Part shown: in pieces, positions 25,233 to 37,639 of the stretch | How the letters are laid out: each line of letters begins with the position of its first letter | How positions within the stretch are numbered: position 1 is the stretch's first letter | Position numbers and translations under genes: made by a program | The notes under the pieces: generated by a model | The model's database searches: none | What the model was told of the DNA's origin: nothing | The model's input: the letters and a program-made list of their open reading frames with translations, nothing else | Assembly (NCBI RefSeq): GCF_030028105.1 | Contig: NC_092377.1 | Span: 68,540,569 to 68,604,568, forward strand | Reading direction: 5' to 3' | DNA: 64,000 nucleotides | From: Mobula birostris | Taxonomy: Eukaryota

Positions 25233-26681
25233 CTGTAAAACCAAGAGAGCTCTTTACTTTAATTGAGCATGTCCATGATTGCTCTGTTTACCAGTAAACG
25301 TCATCTGACTTTTCCCCACCTGCCCTGCAGTCCTACAAATTACTTCCTTTCAAGAATTATCCACTTCTACTTTGAACACCATGATCCTACCTTCACTATT
25401 TATCTAGCACTACTTTGTAGATCTTAACTAATCAGTGGATTTCATAAAAATCCTCATGGTTTACTTTTGGTTCTTTCCCAACTTCCGGTTACACCAAAAT
25501 ACAGTGAAAAATCATGATGAGAATTTGAATCACCAATCCAATTAACCTCAAATCTTAACTAATATCCAGACACTGGAACACAAATGTTTAAAATATGCTT
25601 TTCTTAGACTGATCAAATAACTGATACTTAAAAAAAATGTCATCTATCACAATTCCCAGTTTCCCCATCATCAACCTTAGGAGTAATCTAGCCCAAAGGT
25701 AGGGCAGCAATGGGTCAGGTTGGAGCTGAAGGAACTTGACATTTATTTCAGAATCCTTCATATTATCCAACTTGAGATCATGCCATAAGGAAAACCATCA
25801 CCACCAACTGCAGATAAGTCAATAACTATCCACATTGAAGATCAACTGGAAAAAGTTTGCTGGAAGTAGAATACACCCTACGGAAAGACAATGTTTTATT
25901 AGGAGTGATGGTTCAGGAGTACATCATTTGTGATTGTACTTGATTGCACTTCATAACCTAAGACCTTTCATTCATCTATCAAACAGTTCTCATTAAAGGT
26001 AAAAATTTTAATTCCTTCTTCCTGGGCATAGCAAATCAATGGTGCAATATGATGGATAATAGCAAATAAAGTAACCAAAAGCATGAGCAGCAAAATGGCA
26101 CAGTAAGACAATTTATCATTTGCTGATCACTGTTACTCCATGGGCAATGCCAGCCACACCTGGATTGATGTACTAATACAATGAAACTGAAGTACAGTGT
26201 GCTTAAAAACCAATACCATGAAGCATTCAATGGATCAGGCCAAAAATGTCAGCTTAAAATAAAATTGGGTGAGGTAATCAGTGCACAACTGGATTACAGA
26301 AAATTTGACACACTGAGCCATATGCGAACCCACATCTAGTTGAAACACCTTAAGCATCTTCAGCCAAAATTGGCAGATGAACAATGCTACTCCTGCCTCC
26401 AAGGTTTCCACATTCTTAATCCAAGTATTCAGCCATTTTAGTTCACGGGCATCTTGAGCGTTACACACACAGAAAAGCAATTACCCCATGTTTCTCTTTC
26501 CAAATGAGATGGCTTGACAATCTTCAACTAAATTAGTGACAATGATGGAATTGCTAAATTTATACAGTGAATATACAAAATAGGCTGCTTAACAGATTTC
26601 ATGTGTTGAAATCGCACATAATAACCAAAACTAACTTCTTAGACCAAGTACTAAATATTATCAAATGATAGGTGTCTTTAC

Positions 26682-26824
26682 TTTGGAGTTCAAAGCAGTA
26701 GTTGCACTGTTCAGGAGGGATTCTCGGTCACTTAGTTCTACGGGCTGTGCAATGCCATTCAAAATTTCAACTCCCTTTTCCACAGCCTTTTGGAAAGATT
26801 CAGATATGATTGTAGGATGAATTC
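26682..26824 (-). CDS. CCT4: CCT4 exon 5
   Basis: [47 protein letters not shown]; 143 nt. Confidence 0.97.
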
Positions 26825-27345
26825 CTAAAATAAAAAAATAGTTCATTTGTTAGTTTTGTACAACAAAAGTCAAACAAGAAAATTCAGAACAAAACAAAAT
26901 ATAGCAAACATGGAAAAAAGAGGCAACCTTGAAGAAGAAATGGAAGTCTTTGATTATGATGAAATGAAAAACACACAAAAATTTGGAAAGAGGACTGATA
27001 CAGTGTATGGTCTAGGGAGGGATGGTGGCAGATTGCCACCATTAACTGCTTGCTAAGCAGCGAAGTGCCTTTTAGCCAGATATATTCCATCTGCTGGAGG
27101 TGCTGCAGTCAACAAGTTTGATAATCATGTCACAGCAGAAACAAACAGCAAAAAGGATATGGAGGTTAAATGATCTTGAGGAACTGAGATTTTTAAGGCT
27201 ATCGATGGCTGTGTGTGATCTAAGAAAACATTAAGAGGAAGCAAGGTAACAGAAGGTCAGATTTACAACTTAGAGTTGGGTGGGCAACCTGTTACCAAAA
27301 AAGCTTTGTGGCCATTGATAAATTTAAAATTTGGACCAAACCATA

Positions 27346-28679
27346 CAATGCTGATAAAAGGTATTCATCCCTCCTTGGAAGTTTTCATATTTTGTTTTAT
27401 AACATTAAATCACAGTGGATTTAATTTGGCTTTTTTGGACACTGATCAACAGAAAAAAAGACTCTTTCGTGTTAATGTGAAAACAGATCTCTACAAAGTG
27501 ATCTAAATTAGTTAAAAATATAAAACACAAAATAATTGATTGCATAAGTATTCACCCCCTTAATATGACACACCAAATCATCACTGATGCAGCAAATTAG
27601 TTTTAGAATTCACTTACTTAATTAAATGGAGATCACCTATGTGTAGTCATGATGTTTCAATTGATTGTAGTATGTGTGTCCTAGGGTTTCTATTGACTTT
27701 TCCAAAATAACAACAGACAACTATCTATATACTACTAAAACTCTCATGCTTTGTCTGTTTATGACCTCCAATTAGCGCAAATGGTGCATTACAGCGGCAC
27801 TTCTTTTGGCTAAATCAAATTAAAATGTGCTAATTTACAGAATGCAGGCAAAGTTCAGGGTTATATATTCGTATAAAATTGCTCATTCACCAAAAATCAA
27901 CAGGCTGGCTTTCACCCGAGACCCAATGGGCCATCATGGAAATCAGGACACGACAGCCCAACGCAAGTGCACGGCCAGCCTCAGCAGCGACACCTACCGG
28001 AGCAAAAGGGCAAGGCAGCTCTATTTCGAGGGGTCACACTTTGCTAATCACCATCAGCATGTGCAGGATTGGGACAGATCAAGAGATAATTAAATCTTAT
28101 TGTAATGACGTACTTCGGGACACCCATAAAACCCTCTGCTGCAGTCAAAGGCCCAGCTCAGATTCCAGTTTCCTACGAACGTGCTTCCTTGTAGGATCTT
28201 GCAGGAGTATAACTCCACCAGATAGCATGAAAGATTCAAGTTTCGTGACCAAAGAAGTGACTTGTACAATCATCTTGTTGGGTATGATATCAGTTCTGAT
28301 ATACACAGAAAGCTACCACTGCTGCAATGCTATCACATTTTCTCACACTAGGGGTATATACCTTGCCAAAAATCACTATAAGAATTACTCCCCCCAGATG
28401 GTACCGGTGGCCCAAATTTGGGGTCCTGGCTCACAAACCAAAAGGTACATCTACTAAATACTGAAGGCAGTGAGTAATTATGCAATTAATTTTTTTCATA
28501 ATTGTAATAAATTGAGACCAATCTGTAGAAATTTGTTTTCACTTTGACATGAAAGTCTTTTTCTGTTGATCAGTGTCAGAAGAGCCAAACTAAATCCACT
28601 ATGATTCAATGTTGTAAAACAACAGAATGCAAAAACTTCTGGGGGTGGGGGAGGATTTGAATACGTTTTATAGGCACTG
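27346..28679 (+). mobile_element. Tc1 family A non-autonomous derivative: both ends kept, transposase replaced by unrelated DNA
   Basis: TA|caatg..cactg|TA. 27346-27670 and about 28450-28679 match the two ends of 7774-9297. Confidence 0.85.
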
Positions 28680-28915
28680 TATCTTTCACTGAATTCAGAC
28701 CACTCTGGGACAGGCAATTAAAAGAAGGGATGCTAAAATCAATTGGAAAGTAAAGTTTCATCCAAACCAAAAGACAGTTAAAACAGGTATGTATTACCTT
28801 TAAGCATCCAAGTAACCAGCTTTCCACAATAAGAAATACATTAATATAGAAAATCATTCCAGCATTCCCAAAATTTAATGACTTAAGGCATGCCCAAACA
28901 GTAAATGCAACATAC

Positions 28916-29024
28916 CTTTTTGAAGTAGTTTAGCACAATAATCGAGCAAGGCTCCTGTGATTACTACAACAGAAGTGGTCCCGTCACCAGCTTCAATATC
29001 CTGGGCTTTTGACAATTCTACCAG
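28916..29024 (-). CDS. CCT4: CCT4 exon 4
   Basis: [36 protein letters not shown] (chaperonin GDGTT ATP-binding motif); 109 nt. Confidence 0.97.
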
Positions 29025-29274
29025 CTGAGTTATATATTAAAAAAAATTCTCTTGTTAATTTACAAGCATTCAAGTATTGTGTGCATGCATTAACAGTTAT
29101 TCATTAGGAAAATTAATTTGTAGTGTTTGATGAATTATTCTCATTTAAGATCAGACAGCAAAAACATGCTACATAAAGACTGCTTAAAACTGATAACTTG
29201 ATCTTCATTGCACCAGAGAACCAGATGCTTATTTGATCTAAAATGTTTTGCACAGATTTTCTTTCAACCCTTAC

Positions 29275-29364
29275 CATTTTCGCTGCTGGATGCAACACCT
29301 GCATTTGCTTTAATATAGTTGCTCCATCATTGGTAATGGTTACATCACCTTTTCCATCTTGAAT
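29275..29364 (-). CDS. CCT4: CCT4 exon 3
   Basis: [30 protein letters not shown]; 90 nt. Confidence 0.97.
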
Positions 29365-29834
29365 CTATGGCATGGGTAGAGCAATTAAGAGAGATGAATT
29401 TAATCAAAATGTGAACTGAAAAGGCACAGTGCAAGAAAACAAACCCTAAAGGCGGCAAATGGATGTACAATCTTAAAAATGAAATGTTTCCCACTTCTTG
29501 GCTGAGTTGAGCCAGAGATAATTCACAGTTTTCAATCTGAAAGAACTCCATTGCTGTATCCCATACCAATCAGTTCTCAAAGCACCAAATTCGGCAGGCA
29601 GTGAATGCAACAAGTGATTAAGGATTGCACAAAGCTTGTGGTTAAACCTTTAGGACATTGGTTATCAACATACTTAAGTACATCAGCAGACCATCCTTAA
29701 GTTATTCAAAATACAAGACAAGATGGAAACAAATAATTGTTTGGATCTAATGACATCTCTTCAGCTGTCAATTAATGAATAATTCCATTTCAATAACTTC
29801 CTCAGTAACAAAGAAATTGATAACAGAAACAGAT

Positions 29835-31300
29835 TATCAGGATTAGGTTAAATATCACTGGCATATGCCATGAAATTTGTTGACTTTGCAGCAGCAGTAC
29901 AACACATAATATAGGAAAAACCTGAATGCAATATCTACATACAGTGTATGTTAATATACACACATATGTACACATACAAAGTAGTTAAATAAGCAGTACA
30001 AAAATAAAAAGTATGGAGGTTATGTTCATGGGTTCAATGTCCATTCAGAAATCAGATAGTAGAGAGGAAGAAGCTATTTCTGAATTGCTGAGTGTGTGCC
30101 TTCAGGCTTCTGTACCTCCTTCCTGATGGCAGCAATGAGAACAAGGCATAACCTGGGCGATGGGGGTTCTTAATGATGGACACTGCCTTTTTGAGGCATC
30201 AATCCTCAAAGATGTCCTGGATGTCACGGATGTAAGTGCTCATGATGGAGCTAACTAAGTTTACAACTGCAGCTTATATCGATTTGTGCAGTAACACCCC
30301 ACCTTCCCTCATACCAGATAGATACTTTATTGATCCCAAAGGAAATTAGTGTCACAGTAGCATTACAAGTGCACAGATACAAAGAGTAGAAGTAGAAAGA
30401 ATAAAAAATATGTTACCACAAACAGCCTAACAGGAGGGGGTCATCACTTCCCCGGTTATAGGTTATGCAATCAGGTAGAATGCATTAAACATCTATAAAA
30501 ATTTGCGACATATCAGATCTCATGAAGTAGAGCCACTGTCGTACCTTATTTGTAGCTGCATCGATATGTTGGATCCAGGTTAGATCCTCAAAGATATTGA
30601 CACCCAGGAACTTAAATTTGCTCACTCTGCTCCCTCTATGAGGACTGGTATGTGTTCCCTCATCTTATCTTTTTCGAAGGCCACATTCAGTTCTTTGGTC
30701 TCACTGACATTGAGTGTAAGGTTGTTGCTGTGACTCCATTCAACTAGCTGATACCTCACTCTTGTTACATCTGAAATTATGCCAACAATTCTGACAAGCC
30801 ACACGGTGATGTGTGAAGGGAAAGTACAGCAGTGAGCTAAGAACACATTCCTGAGGTGTACAAGTGTTCATTGTCAGCGAGGTGGAGATGTTACTTCTGA
30901 TCTGCACCTATTGTGGTCCTCCAGTTAGGAAGTCAAGGATCCATTTGCAGAGGGAGGTACAGAGGCCCAGGTTCTAGAGCTTTTCCATCAGATGTGCATG
31001 AATGATTGTGTTAAATGCTGAGCAGTAGTCAATAAACAGTATCCTGATTATGGTATTTGTATTGTCCAGGGAATCCAAGCCCACATGAAGAACCAAGAAG
31101 ATCGCATCTGCCATAGACCTATTGTGGTGGTAGGCAAAATGCAGTGGGTCCAGGACTTTGGGGAGACAGGAGTTAATTCTAGCCATAACCAACATCTCAA
31201 AGCAGTTCATCACTGCAGGCGCGGGTGCCACTGGATGACAGTCGTTAAGGTAGCTCACCCTGCTCTTCTTGGGCACTGGTATAATTGTTGACCTCTTTTT
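29835..31300 (-). mobile_element. Rex1/Babar-type LINE (RT region to 3' tail), with a small nested insert at about 30315-30460
   Basis: ORF 30974-31381 TIIPVPKK..LND..DPLHFAYHHNRSMADAI..LFIDYCSAFNTII, and LTLNVSETKEL. Confidence 0.85.
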
Positions 31301-31355
31301 AATGAAAAGAATTAAAGAAAGATTATGTTTAATTCTAAATATAGTAATTCCGTAC

Positions 31356-31408
31356 CATCTTATCCATGCCCTTTGGACCAAGACTTGTCCTTATAGCATC
31401 CGCAACAG
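31356..31408 (-). CDS. CCT4: CCT4 exon 2
   Basis: AVADAIRTSLGPKGMDKM; 53 nt; acceptor ttctttcttctag. Confidence 0.97.
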
Positions 31409-32460
31409 CTAGAAGAAAGAAAAAGACATTTTATAACTTAATCTTGCTTCATTAAAATCCTACTTTCGTTAGACATAAAGTATACCACCTAATCTATTCT
31501 GTGTTTCAAATCCATTGCTCAAATTGTCACTCAATGAACTGGATGATTTACAGAAGACTGGCAGTTAATAAGAAATCCTCAACCCGTAGTTCCAGACAAG
31601 AAATCCCAAAATATTGCCTCTTAAACCACCAAGAGCAGTATGCCAGCTCCAAGACCAAAGTTTAGCCTTCCACAATCTCTGATACTCCCAACTGTTACCC
31701 AATAACCCTCCAATTAATTTGTAACTCCTTGTATCACCCCTCAACCACTTATTCCCACCAACTCCTTGATCCTTCCCTCCATTACCCTGTTTACACCCTA
31801 AAAATCATCTCCCCTCCTTCACCTCTTGTCCATCCCAATATCTTCACTGATGAACCCTTCCATTCTCATCCTGTCTCTATGTCATTTAAATCCCAAGACT
31901 CTGCTGCCTTTCTCTACTGCAAACATCTCACCATCTCCTTGTCCCCACTGCATCATGAATCTCAACCTCACCTTACCATCATCACCACCTCCTCAGTTTT
32001 CCTCCCTCACTCCCCACCCTCCCACTATCTACCCCTCACACCCACCCACTACCCCATTTGCCCCTCAGTCCTTCCTCATTCTCCTTGTACCCTTCCCATT
32101 CACCCCACCACCCCTCTCCGTCTCCCATCCTTTTGCCCCTCCACACCCCCATCCTCTCACTGCCACTCCCCTCACCCTCCAACTCCCAACCTCTCCCCAT
32201 CCTCCACACTCCCCACCCTTCACCCATCCTCCCCCCCCGTTCTCCCCCGACCCTCCCGCCCCCCCATTCTCCCCCTGGTCCTCCCATCCACCCTCCCATT
32301 CTCCCCCAGTCCTCCCCCCCATTCTCCCCGGTCCTCCCGTCCTTCCCCCCCATTCTCCCTGGTTATCCCCAATTCTCCCCGGGTCCTCCTCCTCCCCCCA
32401 TTCTCCCCCGGTCACCTCTCCCCTCCCCCCATTCTCCCCCGGTCCCCTCTCCCCTCCCCG

Positions 32461-32654
32461 TCCATTCTCCCCCGGTCCCCCTCCCCTCCCCGTCCATTCT
32501 CCCCCGGTCCCCCTCCCCTCCCCGTCCATTCTCCCCCGGTCCCCCTCCCCTCCCCGTCCATTCTCCCCCGGTCCCCCTCCCCTCCCCGTCCATTCTCCCC
32601 CGGTCCCCCTCCCCTCCCCGTCCATTCTCCCCCGGTCCCCCTCCCCTCCCCGTC
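32461..32654. repeat. 32-bp minisatellite (tccattctcccccggtccccctcccctccccg), 6 perfect units, inside a C-rich tract of about 31950-32950
   Basis: Units start at 32461, 32493, 32525, 32557, 32589 and 32621. Degenerate units flank them, and the array runs into the N gap. Confidence 0.95.
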
Positions 32655-32823
32655 NNNNNNNNNNNNNNNNNNNNNNNNNNNNNNNNNNNNNNNNNNNNNN
32701 NNNNNNNNNNNNNNNNNNNNNNNNNNNNNNNNNNNNNNNNNNNNNNNNNNNNNNNNNNNNNNNNNNNNNNNNNNNNNNNNNNNNNNNNNNNNNNNNNNNN
32801 NNNNNNNNNNNNNNNNNNNNNNN
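32655..32823. other. Assembly gap (169 N)
   Basis: Run of n characters. Confidence 1.
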
Positions 32824-32955
32824 TCCCCTGCCAATTCTCTCACCCAGTCCTCCCGTCCATCCCCCTCCCATTCTCCCCCGGTCCTCCCGATCCCCGTCCT
32901 CCCCTTCCTTCCTTTATCCTCCCGCGCTCCCCACCCATTACCCCATCCTCCCTAC

Positions 32956-33064
32956 CTTTGGCGGCCGAGATGTTACTAAAACGGATCTGAGCAGGTTTGT
33001 CACGGTCCTGATAAACGCCCTTCGACACGTTATTGGCGGATTTGCCGGCATTTTTCTCAGGCAT
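32956..33064 (-). CDS. CCT4: CCT4 (TCP-1 delta chaperonin subunit) coding exon 1
   Basis: [36 protein letters not shown] with donor G|GTAGGG. The 14 exons sum to 1602 nt (533 aa plus stop) with consistent phases. Confidence 0.97.
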
Positions 33065-33163
33065 TTCGCAAAAGAATTTCGCTGAGCTACAGCTTCAGTC
33101 GCCGAGCACAAGGAAGATGGCTGCAGATTGAGAGCGTGGATCGCCGGCAGCAGACTGCGGTGG

Positions 33164-33178
33164 AGAAGCTTCCAGAAA
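33164..33178. promoter_or_regulatory. Heat-shock element at CCT4 promoter
   Basis: aGAAgcTTCcaGAAa is a perfect three-unit nGAAnnTTCnnGAAn, 100 nt upstream of the ATG. YY1-like AAGATGGC at about 33114-33121. Confidence 0.75.
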
Positions 33179-33734
33179 TGGTCAGGACCTCAGCCTGGCG
33201 CAGGCAATGACATCAGCGGGCGTTCAACCCGGTGCCGGGCGTAAATTCCCGAACAATAATACTGAAATGTTTCAAATACGACACAAAGTGATCGTGCTGA
33301 AGCGATTAAATAACAATTCTATTGCACATGTTTTCGTCGCAAAACTAAAAGGCATAACTCAATAATATGAACAAAGCCTGGTAAACATCACCAAGTTTGG
33401 AAAGATACTGGAGTGGAGGTTATTTTTCTTGAATGGTTCAATTTATTATTGATAAGATTATTAAATACAGAATAAAAGGTCAATTGATAGGCAAGAATTA
33501 TCTTCCTAATATTTTTTCTGAATGAAAGTTCGTTGTCTATCTACAGATGCTGCCTGACCCGCTAAGTGTTTTCATTATATTATTTTCCAGTATCTGCAGG
33601 TTTTGGTTTTTTTTTGTTTAAGTTATTATAAATTTGTTCACTGGCAAACACTTTGGGAATAGATCATTTTGTCTACCAATTGCAACAATTGTTGGGAGTT
33701 GGGAATTTAGACTGAGAATGATTGCAGCGACCTA

Positions 33735-35890
33735 TCAAAGTTCAAAATAAATTTCTTATCAAAGTACATATATATCACCATATATAAACCTGAAATCTGT
33801 TTTCTTGCGGGTATTCACAGAATCAGAATGAGGCTTAATATCATTGGCATGTGTTGTAAGATTTACTGACTTTGGGGCAACAGTACAATGCAATACATAA
33901 TAATGGTGAAAAAGTATGAAAATATATCACCTAAGTATATACACAATGTTAAAATCAGTACGTACTGCACAAAATAGAAATAAAAGAAATAGTGAGGTAG
34001 TGTTCATGGGTTCAATGTCCATTCAGACATTGATGGCAGAGGGAAAGAAGCTGTTTTTGAATTGTTGAGTGTGTTCCTTCAGGCTTCTGTGCCTCCTTCC
34101 TGATGGGAGCTATGAGAACAGGACGTGACATAGGAAGATAAGAAATAGGAGCAGGAGTAGGCCATCCGGCCCATTGAACCTGCCCCATGGCCGATCTGTC
34201 CATAAATTCAGCTTCATCTACCTGCCTTTTCCCCATAACCTTAATTCCCTTACTATGTAAAAACCTATCTAACTTGTTGTGTATGTGGCCTGGTTACACA
34301 ACTATGTCATTAATAAAAATGCTGGAGATGGGAACGAAGTTTCATGGTTCCTTACTGGTAGAGTCTGAACTTGACACACCCGTATAGATCAATATGTGCC
34401 TTATAGCACATGCAATGACGTGCTACTAAAACATAAAGTAGTCCCTTATTGTAATGTAGGCTATATGGTACATAACTGTTTCTGAAACATATTTAGTGAA
34501 AAACCCTCAACTGCTTCCCTGGGCAGAGAATTCCACAGATTCACCAGTCTCTGGGAAAAACAGTTTCTCCTCATCTCCGTCCTGAATCTTGAGGCAATAT
34601 CCCCGAGTTCTAGTTTCACCTACCAATGGAAACAACTTTCCTACTTTTATTTTATCTATCCCTTTCAAAATTTTGCATGGTTCTATAAGATCCCCTCTCA
34701 TTCTTCTGAACTCCAGAGAGTATAGTCCCAGGCGACTCAATCTCTCCTCATCCCTGGAATCAACCTGGTGAACCTCCTCTGCACTGCCTCCAAAGCCAGT
34801 ATATCCTTCCTCAAGTATGGAGACCAGAACTGCACACAGTACTTCAGGTGCGGCCTTTTAAAATGTTTCGCTATTTCTTCCTTAGTGACAGCTTCAAGTA
34901 TTTTTCCGACTACAGATGTTAAGCTAACTGGCCTATAGTTACCCGTCTTTTGCCTACATCCTTTTTTAAAAAGTGGTGTGACATTTTCTGTTTTCCAATC
35001 CACTGGGACATGCCCAGAGTCTAGGGAGTCTTGATAAATGATTACCATCGCATCTACTATAACCACTGCCAATTCCTTCAGCACCCTGGGATGCGTCCCA
35101 TCAGGACCAGGGGACTTATCTACCCTCAGACCCTCTAGTTTACTCATCACTATCTCTTTAGTGACAGTGATTTTATCGAGGTCCTCACCTCCCATTTTGT
35201 CCATAACATCCTCCTTTGGCATATTAGATGTGTCCTCCATCGTCTGACCCGGGTGATGGGGACCTTAATGATGGACATTGCCTTTTTGAGGCACCACTCC
35301 TTGAAGATGTCCTGGATACTATGGAGGCCAGTGCCCAAGATGGAGCTGACTAAGTTTACAACTCTCTGCATCTTACTTTGATCCTGTACAGTAGTCCCCC
35401 ACCCCCCACACTGGACGGTGATACAGCCAGTTAGCATGCTCACCGTGGTTCGTCCGTAGAAATCCAAGAAATTCAATAAAATCATGAAAGGCTGGACTCA
35501 AAAGATGGACAAACAACCAATATACAAAAAAAACTGTGTGGATACAAAAGAAAATAATAACAATAATAAATAAACAATTAAATAGAGAGGACAAGAGATG
35601 AAGAGACCTTAGAATGCATAGGTTGTGGGAACAGTTCAGTGATGGGGTGAGTGACGTCATCCCCTCTGGTTCAAGAACTTGATGGTTTAGTGGTAATAAC
35701 TGTTCCTGAACCTGGTGGTGTGAGTCGTGAGAATCCTGTCCATTTTTCCCTAATGGCAGCAGTGAAAAGAGAGCATGGCCTTTGTGGTGGGGCCTCGATG
35801 ATGGATGCTGCTTTTCTGTGAGAGTGCTCTGTGTGGATGTGCTTAATGGTGGGGAGGGCCTTACTCACGATGGACTGGGCTGCATCCACT
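33735..35890 (-). mobile_element. Nested Rex1-type 3' fragments interrupted by a CR1
   Basis: Rex1-like sequence breaks at about 34130 (..ggacgtgac) and resumes at about 35245 (tgacccgggtgatgggg). A further Rex1 tail occupies 35460-35890. Confidence 0.72.
34131..35243 (-). mobile_element. CR1 LINE, internally deleted
   Basis: ORF 34737-35240 [34 protein letters not shown] joined directly to [18 protein letters not shown], so the RT core is missing. Confidence 0.88.
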
Positions 35891-37060
35891 ACAACTTTGC
35901 TTTATCTGCCAAAAGCAGAACTTCTCAGTGGCCAAACATTTTAATTCCAATTCACATTCCCACTCTGACATTTTGGACCATAGCCTCCTCTTGTGCCAAG
36001 ATGGAGGGGCAACACCTTATATTCTGTCCGGGTAACCTCCAACCTGATGGCATGAATAGATAGATAGATATACTTTATTAATCCCAAGGGAAATTGGGTT
36101 TTGTTACAGCCACACCAACCAAGAATAGAGCATAAATATAGCAATACAAAAACCACAAACAATCAAACAACAAAATGCAAACTATGCCAGATGGAAAATA
36201 AGTCCAGGACCAGTCTATTGGCTCAGGGTGTCTGACCCTCCACGGGAGGAGCTGCAAGTCCGATGGCCACAGGCAGGAACGACCTCCCATGCCATCCAGT
36301 GTTGTATCTCAGTGGAATATGGCCGAAGTCCAACAGTAAAAAGTTCAATATCCGGTCTACAAACACGTTCCTGGATCGTAATATGATCCGGATTGCACCA
36401 TCCGTTGTTAACCAGAACAGTAAGCACCCACCTCCTTTACGCTTACTGCTCTCAGTGCACTTCCGGTCAGCTGGAACAGTCTGGAAGCCGTCCATGGAAA
36501 AGTTTTGATCAGGTATGTCCTCGTGCAGCCCCGTTCCAGTGAAACACATAACACTCCACTCCCGAAATGTTCTCTGACGCCTGGCTAACGCTGTGAACTC
36601 GTCCATTTTATTACCCACCAAATTCCTCTTCTCCAAAAGTCTCTGTTGTCTCGACCCGGTCCTCTTTCTTCGACTTTGTGATCCCCCTCTGCATCCTCTG
36701 TGTGTTTTCCTCCAGTATCGATTTCTCCTTCTGGTAAAATAAAATTTCCCCCACCCTCCCTCTATTTCCCACTCTGGCCCTTTACCTCTTTTCACCTGCC
36801 TATTACTTACCCCTGGCTCTGCTCCTACTTCCTTTTCTCCTATGATCCACTCTCCTCTCCTATAAGATTCCTTCTTCTCCAGCCCTTTATCTTTTCCACT
36901 CACTTGGCTTCACCTATCACCTTCCAGCTAGTCTTCCCCCTTCCTTTTCAGAACTTAAGAATGGTCTTGGCCAGAAACGTAGATGCTGCCTGACATGAAT
37001 TCCTCTAGCATTTTACGTGTGTTGCTTTGGACTTCCAGCGTCTGCAGACTTTTTCCTGTT
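35890..37060 (+). mobile_element. Penelope-like 3' fragment split by a minus-strand Rex1-type insert (about 36058-36715)
   Basis: ..NLQPDGMN | IDFS.. resumes after the insert. The insert has an (AGAT)n tail and endonuclease-like NKMDEF..CFTGTGL motifs. Confidence 0.75.
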
Positions 37061-37639
37061 TATGATCCACTACATTTTGTTGGTTTTTTATAGTTGGATA
37101 CAAAAACCTAAAAATATGTGTGACCAGGATCAAGGACAGCTTCCACCCTGCTGTCATAAGATTATGGAATGCCTCACTAGGTCGATAAGGTGGACTCTTG
37201 ACCTTACAATCTCTGTCATTATGATGTTGCACCTTATCGTTTACCTGAACTGCACTTTCTCCGTAGCTTTTACACTTTATTCTGCATTCTGTTATTGTCT
37301 CACCTTGACTACTTCAATGCACGATGTAATGGATTGATCAGTTTGCAAACCTTGGTACATGTGACAACAAAAAAACCAGTACCCATCTTCTTGCCTTTCA
37401 ATGGTGGTTGACAGATCAATATTAAGTGAATGACCATTGCCAAGTGAGTGTGGAGGGAAGAGACAGGAGGTCTACCTTCTAAATTCCTCCCCTCCCAAAA
37501 AAAATCAAAAGGTCTAATGCTTTTCATTAGATCGAATACACATTCAAGCACATTACGATGGCGGTAATATAAATTTTTCATGTTAAATTCTGTCTGCACC
37601 AAGCTCTGAATTTAACAATGGGACTCTTCAAATTTGCTG

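Noticed and set aside
32461-32654. 32-bp periodic repeat as a CRISPR-like array
   Set aside because: Units are head-to-tail with no unique spacers, the context is eukaryotic and there are no cas genes.
31729-33085. Long Pro-rich/Gly-rich ORFs (416, 419, 310 and 268 aa)
   Set aside because: Artefacts of the C-rich low-complexity tract, minisatellite and N gap. They are open in several frames at once and lie in CCT4 intron 1.
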